Assembly (NCBI GenBank): GCA_964199315.1
Contig: OZ116701.1
Coordinates: forward strand, 29,946,001 to 30,010,000
DNA: 64,000 nucleotides
Source: Orbicella franksi
Taxonomy: Eukaryota
Direction of reading: 5' to 3'
Shown: in pieces, positions 28,184 to 38,707 of the stretch
How positions within the stretch are numbered: position 1 is the stretch's first letter
Layout of the letters: the number at the start of each line of letters is the position of its first letter
Notes under the pieces: model-generated
What the model was told of the DNA's origin: nothing
Databases searched by the model: none
What the model saw: only the letters and a program-made list of their open reading frames with translations
Position numbers and translations under genes: made by a program

Positions 28184-28280
28184 ATGGCGTTCTCCCTCAT
28201 TATTGTTTCTGTAAGCCTAGCATTCACCGTCGCTGTATCACCGAAGGCAACCACAAAATCTGGTGAAACACCGTCCGAAG
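28184..28280 (+). CDS. PKD1-like exon 1: signal peptide
   Basis: ATG at 28184 encodes MAFSLIIVSVSLAFTVAVSPKATTKSGETPSE with a hydrophobic h-region. Phase-1 donor G|GTAGG fits exon 2. Confidence 0.78.
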
Positions 28281-28372
28281 GTAGGCTCTTTAGAAAACCA
28301 ACGGTCTAGTCAGACGTTCAGTCATTAGAGCCGGCGCTTCTCACTTTTAATTCGATGGCGAAACACCTGCAT

Positions 28373-28860
28373 GCGACTATCAAAGAGGAAAGTTTACTCC
28401 ACGTATGTGGCACCGTTTATTATACCGCACAAGGTGGTTGTAACTTTCACATTATTGAATAAAACTCTAGAGTGCAGCCATTGAAAAGAAGCCACTGAGC
28501 AGTACTTACATGCAGTACTCTTTATTAAGGTGGTTCTAACTTGCAAGTCTTGCGGATGAAAACCTAGTGTGCGCCTCAAATGAAAGCTATTGAGCAGTGT
28601 TTTCATACGGTATGTTTATCACGCTGCACAGGGTGGTTCTAACTTTTGTGTCTGTGAATAAAACCCTGATGTGTGATTATTCAAATGAAAGCTGTTGAGC
28701 AGTGCTTTCATGTGGTGCTGTTTATTATACTGTACCAGGTGGTTCTAACTTTTACGTCTGTGAATGAAACCCTGGTGTGATTCACCTGACCATTCAAATG
28801 AAAGCTACAGAGCAGTACTTTCATGTGTTATTGACTATTTTACTGTGCAACGTGGTTCGA
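28373..28860. repeat. Minisatellite, about five units of ~100-105 bp (intron 1)
   Basis: Repeating ttcaaatgaaagct.ttgagcagt.ctttcatgtgg...aaggtggttctaactttt...gtgaatgaaaccct.gtgtgtgacca. Confidence 0.88.
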
Positions 28861-29026
28861 AATTCCCATTTTCTGACTATTAGTCTCTCTGATAGAATCA
28901 AATCCTTACATACTTTGGGCAATAATGACGCTGATTTAACCCAATTTTCCCAATAAAGCTTTATAGAATGCATTTAACTAACAGTAAGGAAAAATAGTAA
29001 TGAATTTGGATGTGCTTGAATTGCAG

Positions 29027-29355
29027 CTAAATGTAACCTGCCTCTTGGGATTTCATCGGGAAAGTTCACCAGGGACATCTTTACGCTCTCGGTGCATAGT
29101 CCAGACACTCATCCCAGCAAGGCAAAACTGAACAGCTCTGGCGGCTACAGGGCTAAAACAGAAGACCCTATCAGGTTCAAGTTTGTGTGGCTAGAATTCG
29201 ACAATGAGACAATAGTAACAGGGATCGCAACCCAAGGATTTGGCGATCCGGAGATCAAAGAGTGGGTCACTGAGTACTCGATCAAATTCACTCGCCAAAA
29301 GAGCGGAGACGAAGAGGCTGAGGATTTCATCTTTGGCAGAGATGGATCGCCTAAG
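29027..29355 (+). CDS. PKD1-like exon 2: F5/8 type C (discoidin) N-half
   Basis: ttgcag acceptor; AKCNLPLGISSGKF...TIVTGIATQG...EWVTEYSIKF; donor AAG|GTAAT. Confidence 0.9.
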
Positions 29356-29841
29356 GTAATTTTTTTGCAATAGCAAAGTGAAGGAATAACACGGCTGAAA
29401 TTCCCAGTTACTGAAATCCTCTCAGAAACAGTATCTTTGATCGGGAATGGACATACGTAGTTTTATAAACAGCACCTTTCAGGAACGTTCAGGAAAACAA
29501 GAAAAGAAACCGGAGACAACATTCCCATCTTGAAAAGTTTAGCCCAAATTTTTCAAGTTCGTAGTTTGTGATCCGTGTTAATCTCCTCCATCCTTAACCA
29601 TCCTTGTTTGTATATGGTTTTCTATTCCCTCGCGAGTGTTTCTCTATCTTACTAAACTATTATCTAATTTAAAGGTAACTTTGTAAGTGGCTAAAATAAC
29701 TCAAAATACTGACTGAGCTCCTTCAAGTGTAAGTGAACAAGAAAAAAGTATTGCTTAATCCCACAAAAATACTACTTTCATAGTAATGACAAATTCGAAT
29801 ATGACAGCGTCTCCTGCGCCAACATACCAGTAGCTCTTTAA

Positions 29842-30219
29842 GGCCCGTCCACGCTACGCCGGAGAAATTTGAAAATTAAACGGCGTTTTCGCTTTGAAAA
29901 CGCATCAAATGTTTTTCGTACACACTACGCCGGATAAATTTTTAAAACGCAAAAATCACCGGTCATTTTGGATTTGTGTTTGAGGAAAATCGGGCAGGGA
30001 AATCAAATGATTATCGTGACGTCATCGGTTTGAAAAAGTTCTGTTTTCAAACTGCTTTCCGTCCACACCAAAGCACAAAGCCGGCGCTTTCAAATTCCTC
30101 CGGTTTGAAGAGCGTTTTCGAAAAGCTCCGTTGTCGAGACGGATTGGTGTGGACGGTCGGTCTAGCCATAGAAATAAAGCTGCCTTTTCAAATTTCTCCG
30201 GCGTGGTGTGGCTGGGGCC
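29842..30219. mobile_element. PIF/Harbinger-type MITE, full length
   Basis: TIRs ggcccgtccacgctacgccggagaaatttgaaaa / ttttcaaatttctccggcgtggtgtggctggggcc; TAA on both flanks. Confidence 0.88.
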
Positions 30220-30264
30220 TAAGTGAAATTCATAACTGTTGCATCTCACGCTTTGAATCTCTAG

Positions 30265-30403
30265 CGGTTTCAAGGGAACACCGACTCGAATACAATTGTC
30301 AGACACAACTTTGAAGCTGAAAACGTGAAGATGGTCTACATAATGCCGCAAGCATACCACAACAACGTCGCCTTCAGATTTGAACTGTATGGATGCACAA
30401 TGA
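30265..30403 (+). CDS. PKD1-like exon 3: F5/8 type C C-half
   Basis: ctag acceptor; RFQGNTDSNTIVRHNF...AFRFELYGCTM matches the F5/8C ending; donor A|GTAAGT. Confidence 0.9.
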
Positions 30404-30494
30404 GTAAGTTGAATTAAACTCAGAGAGTGACCAATGTCGTATTCAATGACAAAACGAGAATAATAGCAAAGCCCTTGACTGGAGTGCGGAGTAA

Positions 30495-30745
30495 AACGGT
30501 TTTCAATTGGGTGTCGTAAAACCAGACCCAAAGTAGTCACTCTGGCCAATCAGAAAGAACACGGAAACTACACTGAACCAATCAAAGCTCGAAGCAAATA
30601 CATGCAGCTGACGCGAAGCGCTGGAAAACCCGTGGAGCAAGTCACGATTGGTTTTGGTTTTACTTCTGATTAATTAACTTAAAGGCGCGAATTTTTTGAG
30701 TCAATCTGTTTACATGTACTTAGTAATGCAGAACCAAACGCTCCA
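30495..30745. mobile_element. Dispersed non-autonomous repeat (second copy ~63110-63332)
   Basis: Both copies share gtcacgattggttttggttttacttctgatt and catg.agctgacg.gaagcgc. Confidence 0.8.
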
Positions 30746-31029
30746 TTTTTATTGATGCACCGCTAAATCCTCTCATAAAAAGAAACCTATGGGCATCAAT
30801 TCCGTGGTCTCAGTTCATCGGGCTCCTTCATAAGGGTTAACCGATCTACTTATAGTTGAGAAATGGGCTGAGATTTTAACTGATGGCTAAGAAATTGTCG
30901 AAAAATCTAACCGATAACCTAGACAGCACATCATCAAGACCCTTTTTCATCGTGCTAGCACACACGAGACAGTGCACGAAAGGTAAAAAAAGGGTTAGAA
31001 CTACTGGAGGAAAAGTGTTAAAACTCTCA

Positions 31030-31325
31030 GAAAGTCAGCAGCCTGAGCGGGAGTAGTCTTCAGTCAAGTCATGTTTAAGTGTTCGTCAGTCGCTGGTGTT
31101 ATAAGTTTGATCACTGAAGCTGATTGGTCAGTGTTGACTCTTAGACTTATCACACCATAGACTGACAAACACTTTCCACTTGACTCTGAAGACTACTTCC
31201 ACTCAGGTTGTCGAAACGTCACCGAGTCACTAACAACAGTTCTCTTCAGAACTACCCTCATCCAGACGCGTGCGATAATTCTATAGGAACTACTGATAAT
31301 CCTAGGTTCAAACCATTTACTATGT
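31030..31325 (+). mobile_element. Penelope-type pLTR with inverted 5' arm and hammerhead relic (intron 3)
   Basis: gactCTGAAGActacttccactcaggttgtcGAAACGTCaccgagtc at 31182-31228; inverted partial copy at ~31036-31070. Confidence 0.75.
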
Positions 31326-31373
31326 TATCTTATGCTTGTTTGTTTGCTTGTTTGTTTGTTTGTTCATCCATAG

Positions 31374-31486
31374 AAAGGTCCGTGGTGTTACACTTCCGGT
31401 GGACAAATCAAAGCTGCACGTTGGATATGCTGATCGACAAAAAATCCGAAGGGTTTAAAAACATTGAAGCGAAACTTGCGAACGAG
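31374..31486 (+). CDS. PKD1-like exon 4: SEA domain N-part
   Basis: (TTTG)n then tag acceptor; KRSVVLHFRWTNQSCTLDMLIDKKSEGFKNIEAKLANE; phase 1 in, phase 0 out. Confidence 0.75.
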
Positions 31487-31838
31487 GTAGAACCGTAGTT
31501 TTTGTCACTCCACCTCTTCGACTATCTTACTATATGCACTTTCTCACAGGGTATTTTGTAATTGCTTATTATTCCAAAGAGCTTAAAGGAGCGCTTCTTC
31601 ACTTAACAAACTATTTGCAGTTCATGATTTCACGTACGTCCTTCACCCTGCTTCACTTGTTCGGCTTGGTACATAGTAGCAGTAGTACCTGATCAGACTA
31701 AAGTTGGTAACTGGCAAAGTAAACATGTCTTAGCAGGCGAACAAATTGCCGGATGAACGAAATAATAAAATGGTTGCTCAGCTACCGCCCAAATGATTGT
31801 TATGAACACAAAAGGAAATAGCCCAATTTCGATATATT

Positions 31839-32129
31839 GGTTGTTTACCATTCACTCGGCAAAAATTCCGGAAATGTTGGTCAGAATGTGAATGGTAAGA
31901 CGATTCTGGCTCGACCGACTGGCAAATTAATTTCCGAAGTATGCGGACTTGAAAGTTAAGGTAGTCCAAAACTTCCAACCGAAATATCCGAATTGAAAAT
32001 ATGCTTCCCACTGGCAATTCTTCACCGCTATCTTGCAATTATGATCAGCTCACTTACCATCGGGAAGTTTTGCTTACCGTTTGCACAACCATTGACGAGC
32101 CGGTTTCTTTGCGTAAATGGTGAAGAACC
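31839..32129. mobile_element. MITE with ~17-bp TIRs and 3-bp ATT duplication
   Basis: ggttgtttaccattcac / gtaaatggtgaagaacc, flanked by att on both sides. Confidence 0.65.
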
Positions 32130-32203
32130 ATTATTTCGTGCCTCAGGCTGAAACCATCTGCTCGTTAAATGCTTTGGTGTTAATATTTTGAAATTTCTTG
32201 CAG

Positions 32204-32259
32204 GCACAACAAATAAGCAAGCTTCCTGGAGTGCAAGTTGTTAAACTTGAGCAACTGAG
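32204..32259 (+). CDS. PKD1-like exon 5: SEA domain middle (56 nt)
   Basis: tttcttgcag acceptor; AQQISKLPGVQVVKLEQLR; phase 0 in, phase 2 out, bridging exons 4 and 6. Confidence 0.72.
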
Positions 32260-32419
32260 GTATTGATCAATAATTTCAAACTGTTTCATTGATTTTTAAA
32301 AGCTTCATGTTGCTGCGCCACGCCGAAGCCCGTTTTGGTGTTGCACAAATCCAAATCAAAGTAAGCATCAAAATACTATGAAAAAAGATGCTTATTATTT
32401 AATATTATTAATGACTCTG

Positions 32420-32720
32420 ACAGCATTCTATCACGAATGCCGTTCTCTTATTGGCTATGCTAACCACTATCTATTAATGCAGACACTGAGAACCCAGCAG
32501 TGTACGGTTGTTAACAAAATGGCGGATGCTTCTTTGCGTTTTCGAAGGCCCTGGTGAAGAGTATTTAGATAAAGTTTTGAAACGCTATTAGATTTATACT
32601 AAAACAATTAAATTATCAGGTCTCCAATTCTAGGCGTGATAGTTGACACGGGGAGCGCCTTCGTCAACAATTACGCGATAGAAATCTCAAGCTCATAATC
32701 TAATGATTTATTCCCTATCA
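32420..32720. mobile_element. Hairpin-bearing dispersed repeat
   Basis: Degenerate long palindrome centred on gttgac-acggggagcgccttc-gtcaac near its right end. Confidence 0.5.
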
Positions 32721-32962
32721 TCATAGGCCTGCAGTGCATGCATAGCTCTTTATTATCTAACTTTCTGCATGCATTGCAGGCCTATAATGATTGAGAATAT
32801 CATTGTTAAAGTTTGAGACCCTACTAGATCGATGAGACCTGTCCGTGCAACCATTCAAGTGAAAGCTACTGAGACTAGTAGACTAGACTAGTACTCTACA
32901 AAATGAAATGATTTGGGAAAATGGAGACAGGAAAGTTCATGTATGCTGTCTCCTCATTTTGT

Positions 32963-33203
32963 GGAGGCAGCGTGGCGCCAGATTGGAAACCCGTAGGTCC
33001 CGGGTTCAAATCCCGTTCTGACTGTTAGCTGATGTTGTTCTCGTTAGCCCCGAGTTTAACTTCTCGGCTACGTTTGTAAATAGCCAACTGGTCTGCCTCT
33101 CGTCAGTTGGGATTCTTAACCTAGCTATGTTTATTTGAATATTTATTTATCATTGTTTGATTACATTGTCCTGAAAAGCCTGAATGGGGAGTGGCCAATC
33201 AAA
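32963..33203 (+). mobile_element. tRNA-derived SINE
   Basis: GGAGGCAGCGTGG head, B-box GGGTTCAAATCCC, body tagccaactgg..tgcct...cagttgggattcttaac; related copy at 52750-52897. Confidence 0.8.
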
Positions 33204-33274
33204 GAATTTTTTTTATGTTTTATGCAAGGTAGGGTAGCATCTCAAGATCCTCATTTGTACCTGTTTTTATTTAG

Positions 33275-33411
33275 ACCTGGAAGTCTGATTGTTGAGTTCA
33301 AAGTTGGAGTGCAAGATTCACAAGCCAAGCTGATGATTGCAAAGGCCAAAAAACTGCTCAAAACCTCCACTAAATTTGACCATAGCTACTTTGCGGCAAA
33401 AGATCCTCAAG
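33275..33411 (+). CDS. PKD1-like exon 6: SEA domain C-part
   Basis: ttttatttag acceptor; (R)PGSLIVEFKVGVQD...KDPQ; donor G|GTTTG. Confidence 0.82.
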
Positions 33412-33907
33412 GTTTGCTTTGTTCACTTCTTCAGTCCCCAAAATAATCTCCAAAACACCATATTCAAATAAATATTCAGATTTGTGTTATTTAACTATTG
33501 TTTCCTAAAAAATGTGAGTAAAATGAGTTCATTAAACAGTATTGGCAGGGGAAGAAATTGTGATCAGATTTGGCCTATGGCACCAGGAAAACAATATAAG
33601 TTTTTGAGCAAGAAGCACAAATATAAAGAAAGGCACTGAGAAAAAATGGTTGGTTAAAATTTTTGGCAGCCCCTTTGCTCCTGCCCAAACTCCAAATCAG
33701 CCTGTGTGATATTTCCTGTAAACAATGGCCAAGTTCTAACCCAATGGAATAAAAGTGACATGTACAGGTAGCCTCCTAAACAGATATGCAATATACTTTA
33801 CTAATGTAATTGCAAATATTAAAAAAAAACAAGTCTTAATTAATCAAATCCAGTTAATGACACTAACATTTGAACTAAGTAAATGGCCTAGATCATTGAG
33901 TCTCTTC

Positions 33908-33996
33908 GTAGCTCAATAGTTAGAGTGCCCTACTGGTATATGAAATGTCATGGGCTCGAATTCCACTGGGGCTGAATTTTTTCTGTCCCACACTCA
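33908..33996 (+). mobile_element. Short degenerate tRNA-derived SINE head
   Basis: A-box-like gtagctcaatagttagag, B-box-like gggctcgaattcc, then T-run. Does not fold as a complete tRNA. Confidence 0.55.
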
Positions 33997-34301
33997 ACAC
34001 ATACAGCACATTTATCCTTTACAGTTGCATTTGTGTTGTCAAGTAATAGTAAAGGAATTTGTTTAAACTGCCTGTCAAATCAACCATTTAGGTCATTTTT
34101 ACAAGTGGTAAATTATAACCAAGGACTCCAGTTAGAGAGAGGGCTTTCATCAAGTTTTGATTCATGCACCATCATGCATGCTCAGCCATAACAGGTGCGA
34201 CAGGTTACAGCCCTTATTGATAGCCCTGAGAGATGTGTCCATGTATTAGACAAGGTTGTTTATAATGGTTTTAAAACTGATTACCTTTCTCTACTCAACA
34301 G

Positions 34302-35094
34302 GCAAATCATGCAAAATACCAAACATTTCATTGGGAAGCCTTTCTCGCAACCCCACGTCTACTCAAACAATCCACCGTTCATCTTCCTACACAGTAAAAG
34401 CAAATATTAGCAGTCAGATTGAAGGAAAGGCCCACATTACATGGAAAATGGCAAAATTACGCAACTCAAACAAGGGAGAATTGGGCAGAAAAAGTACATT
34501 CAAATCTACAAGAATTGCCAAGGAAGATGTTTATCTCATAAATACAACAGTTATACAGAAAGAAATTTTAAATCACACCCTTGAGTATGGTGTCTACTAT
34601 ATAGAATTGATGGCAGTAATGAAAAATGCAATAGATTGTATAAACTACGATTATGGATTTCTGCGAATCAAGGAGTCACCTCTTCAAGCATTCATATCTA
34701 CAGACCCTCCTCTGGATAGTATTCTTAAAGGGTACCACAGAGATCTTCAGCTGGATGCCTCAAGCTCTTTTGACCCAGATGTTCCAAAGGCTAACAAGAG
34801 TGGCATGAGTTATACATGGCTCTGTGCAAGAAAGGGTGAGCGCTTTGGAAACATTGCGTTGCTCCCAATTGTCACGCCACAAGTAGATAGCAAAGATTCG
34901 GATGGGAGAGGCGGGTGTTATGGTACAGGCCCTGGAAAGCTGAAATATACAGGGCCCAATGCAGTGTTGTCCCTGGATCAAATGGAGCCCAAAAGTTATC
35001 TGATCAAACTGATTTTGGGAAAAGACGAGCGAGAGGAAAATGTTTCATTCGAGTTTGAACTGAAATCTTCAAATGGCTTTGTTCTAGACATAAG
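34302..35094 (+). CDS. PKD1-like exon 7: REJ region
   Basis: Inside ORF 34256-35098; LDASSSFDPD...SYTWLC...GGCYGTGPG; donor AG|GTAAGT. Confidence 0.92.
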
Positions 35095-35741
35095 GTAAGT
35101 TTAAGTTGATCACTACATATTTCGCACTTCAATTAGCTGTGTATTCACCAACAGCCTATGTCAATTCGGTTATCTGATGATCATTTTGAGTTATGTCATT
35201 TAAGCCTAAATAGAAAGCAGCCAGCCCCTCCTTGTTTAGCTAGTCAAATGCAAAAGCTCGAGAAACCTTGTAAGAAAACATACGTTAATATCTTAACCTG
35301 TATTGAACTTTTTATGATAATAAGTTCAAATTCGACCTATTAGTACCAGAAAATTTCCCCATTCGGTTAAAAAACACGAACCATGGAAAGAGTTCGATTC
35401 GCTTTAGAGAATGGAAACCTACCTGTTCAGATTTTCGAAACATACTGATGCATCGATTTATAAAATCCTTTTCTAGAATATTACCCTATTGAGCCTACCT
35501 TGTGATGATGCTAGTGAAATAATTGATGATGATACAATTGAAGTAATTATGATTATGCTACTAAAATAACCGGTAGGAAAAGGAAAGTGACAGTGAGATG
35601 TCTAAAATGGCGTTGTTTACGTTAAGTCCGCCATGTTGTGGGTCCCATGTGTAGGCCCCACCCAGCCCTCCCCCAGCCTCCAAACATTGCTCGCTTTGTG
35701 TAAAATACTTAGAGTGTCATCACTCACCTTTTTCCCTACAG

Positions 35742-36321
35742 ATGCAAAAGAAATTGCAAACAGAAAGTAAATCCCTCCGAAAAAATGGTTTTCGAAGGTA
35801 CCTGTAACGGTGAGGCCTGTAAGCAAGTCAAAACAAAATTTCGTTGGTTGCTTTATCGAAAGAGGGATGATGGAACATTCCAGTCAGTCGATATAAGAAA
35901 AAACGAAGACCTGGCTCATCTGGAAATCCATGGAAATGAGTTAGCAGAAGGCGCTTCGTATATACTAGAACTTCACGGAAATTTAACTGAAAAAATCAAA
36001 AGTGCTCAAACTCACAGTTTCATCACAAATGAGTCTCCCAGTGGAGGAAATTGTACCGTTGATAAATCTGAAGGGATAGTTTTGGCGACGAATTTTACAT
36101 TTTCGTGTTCTGGTTGGCTAGACAAAGACAAGGACCTCATTTATCAGTTTGGCTACAAGTCCAGTAGCGGGGCTTATGAAATTCTTCAGCAGAGCTCCAA
36201 GAGATTTTTGAAGACCAATAAACTTCCACTCGGTGACTCGAAAAAGGAAAATATCGTTCAAGTGGACATTTACGTCAAGGATAAATGGGGAGGATTTGGT
36301 GTCCAAAGTGTTGAAGTCAAG
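35742..36321 (+). CDS. PKD1-like exon 8: REJ domain
   Basis: RCKRNCKQKVNPSEK...NESPSGGNCTVDKSEGIVLATNFTFSCSGWLDKDKDLIYQF; donor AAG|GTGAG. Confidence 0.93.
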
Positions 36322-36462
36322 GTGAGCTTGGTTTCTTGTGGCGGCAACCGTTTCAAAGACGTCACGCAAGACCCCTCGTAGGTGTTACGTGACGGCTGTA
36401 CGTCAAGCAATACCTCTCCTAGGTGTTACGTGACGACTGTACAGGAAATCCCAACACGTTGC

Positions 36463-36782
36463 TAGGGTTTTACACATTACGCCGGCATTATCTTGAGCAT
36501 AATATTGAGGCAAAAGAATCGAGAATTATGCCGGAACAAGAGTGATGCCGGGCCTTAGGCGGTTTTTTTTTTCCATCTACTTCAAAAGCCAGTTCGTAAT
36601 AGTCAAGCCAGAGCAATGGAGATTGACAATGAGGCATCGCTCGCGCTTCATGCAATATTATCTGTTTTTATGCGAGAATAATAGAGCATAATAGTGACTC
36701 CTTTTGAGCTTAATAGCGAGACTCTTTGAGCATCGAGCATTACCATAATAGTGGAAAATTTGAGCATAATGTGAAAACCCTA
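36463..36782. mobile_element. hAT-type MITE with 8-bp target-site duplication
   Basis: TIRs tagggttttacacattacgc / gcataatgtgaaaacccta; flanks cacgttgc and caggttgc (7/8 identical). Confidence 0.8.
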
Positions 36783-37146
36783 CAGGTTGCAACGTATTTG
36801 GAACAGGTGGGATCGATAGATAGCGCAAAATATTAGCCAACACCTCAAGCGGCGGAAGGCATGTATCAGATGACAAGGGAATGCATGTAACAGGTGGAAA
36901 CTGCGAGGGAAGGCAAACATGCTATCTGATAGGCTGCTCATCAGGGGCCTTCTCTACAGAAGTCACCGGGACCTCGTCGATCTCTGAAAAGTTTCCAAAT
37001 CCGCCTTTATGTAAATTTTGTTTAATAGCAATATTATTCGTCTCTTGTGTCATGGTGTGTATTTGTCTATTAGATTGCTCAGTGGCTAAAGCAGTTGTGA
37101 TCGCTACGGTTTCTATCGACTTTGGCTGTAAGCTCGGGGTTTCGCT

Positions 37147-37617
37147 CCCCGGCGAAGGGGGGGACTCCCATGTGAAAACGTCGGGAGTGGAAATCATGGA
37201 TTTTAGTCTCATTTAGGGTGTTCAGAAAACAAAGACACTACTTTTAGCCGTCGAGATACCTTTTAAAATTGCACTCGAAGAAGCAATTAAAATTGCTGTC
37301 ATTTCCCTTTAAAGCGACATCTTTTAAGCCTGGTTCACACTTGTGGGATAGGCATAACACTAGTGAAATAAGTAGGTTCCCACTTGTGAGATAAACGTAA
37401 CACTAGTGAAATGAGCACAAGCATAAGCACAAAAAAAAAGAAAAAAGTTCTTTTTTCTTGTGCTCGCGCTTATGCTTATTTCACTAGTCCTAAGCGTATC
37501 TCACAAGTGGGAACCAGACTTTAGGAGTCAAATAAAGCCCGGGCTACTTACAGATTGGTCTCCTTCAAGGGTTGAATTCAAATTTTTGTCATCTTTTCAC
37601 ATGGAGTACCCCCGGGG
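37147..37617. mobile_element. MITE with CCCCGG-G-rich TIRs, host of a nested insertion
   Basis: ccccggcgaagggggggactcccatgtgaaa / tttcacatggagtacccccgggg. Confidence 0.75.
37327..37520. mobile_element. Nested PIF/Harbinger-type MITE
   Basis: TIRs agcctggttcacacttgtg / cacaagtgggaaccagact (17/19); TTA on both flanks. Confidence 0.82.
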
Positions 37618-37832
37618 AGGCTTCGCCCCCCGAACTCGCAGTGTAACTGTCACCCAATAAACGGCAAACGAGGGAAATCATTTAACCACTGACAAGGAAG
37701 TGAAAAAGTGTGATGAACCAAATCGTAGCGTCGCACCTCATACTGCAAACTGCAAAAGAAAAATGAACAAAAATCTGAAAGCCGTTTCAGAAAAGAAAAG
37801 TTCTCTGAAAACGTGCTCTGTTTCTTCCAAAG

Positions 37833-38018
37833 GTTCTCCCGAGCCACACAATAAACGCGACCACTCTGTACCAATACACGGTGGGAAATGAAAGCGAGAT
37901 TGCCAAGCTGTTAAAAAATAAAGATGGAGGCAAGAACGCCATGCGATTAGCAAACACTTTGTTATCTGTGATGTCTGAAACTTCAGAGGAGGAACTGAAA
38001 ACCGAGGAAAAAATGAAG
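37833..38018 (+). CDS. PKD1-like exon 9: REJ/GAIN helical region
   Basis: tttcttccaaag acceptor; VLPSHTINATTLYQYTVGNESEIAKLLKNKDGGKNAMRLANTLLSVM; phase 0/0. Confidence 0.82.
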
Positions 38019-38707
38019 GTAAAAATTGTAGGATTTCTACAACGAGCAATTATCTACCGAAGGTATAGTCTGCCATTGTTTCCGACTTCTTGAGACACCT
38101 TAAGTGGCCAGATTCGGTAAGCGACGGCTGTGTTTGCAAGATAAGACATATATAAGACATAGTTTAAACCTTAGTTACATAAGCCGTTTTAAATTTTTGT
38201 ATTTAAGCACAATTTATGCTTTTTGTAGATCTTTGTTTTAGTTTTTTAGCTTCTTTTTATGTAAAGTACTTTTGAATATTTCATAGTATTAGCGCTATAC
38301 AAATGTATAATTATTATTGGTCGCACACTTACTATGGTAACGGAGCGTCCCATAGACTTGTTAAGCAGAGTCTTCATTACGCACCATCTAGTTTACAGGT
38401 GCGCCAAGAAAACAAAATAACAAAGTAAAAATGTACATTTGGGGAAAAAAATACTAAACTGAACTTAGATTACATAACTACTGTACAATATCTAAAAATG
38501 TATACGGATCATAAAATGGCGTTTTTTTGCGTGTTTTCCTCTTAACTAAGTTCATGCTGTAAATAAAAGGACTATTGCTTGAAGCGCAGAGAGGGAAAAA
38601 ACAAGGTGTAACGAGAGGACTGCGTTGTTTGTTTTTTATTTATTTGTCTGTTTATTTGCTTGTTTGTTTGTTTCGCGACGGTAACTGTACCCCTGCGTCT
38701 TGTTTAG

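Noticed and set aside
29976-30549. ORFs of 112 aa (+) and 175 aa (-)
   Set aside because: They run through a non-coding MITE and the antisense of exon 3; no transposase motifs.
33908-33996. tRNA gene
   Set aside because: Only degenerate A/B boxes with no acceptor stem; treated as a SINE head.
36379-36442. 23-bp direct repeat taggtgttacgtgacg.ctgtac
   Set aside because: Two copies only; a local duplication, not a CRISPR-like array (eukaryotic intron, no cas genes).
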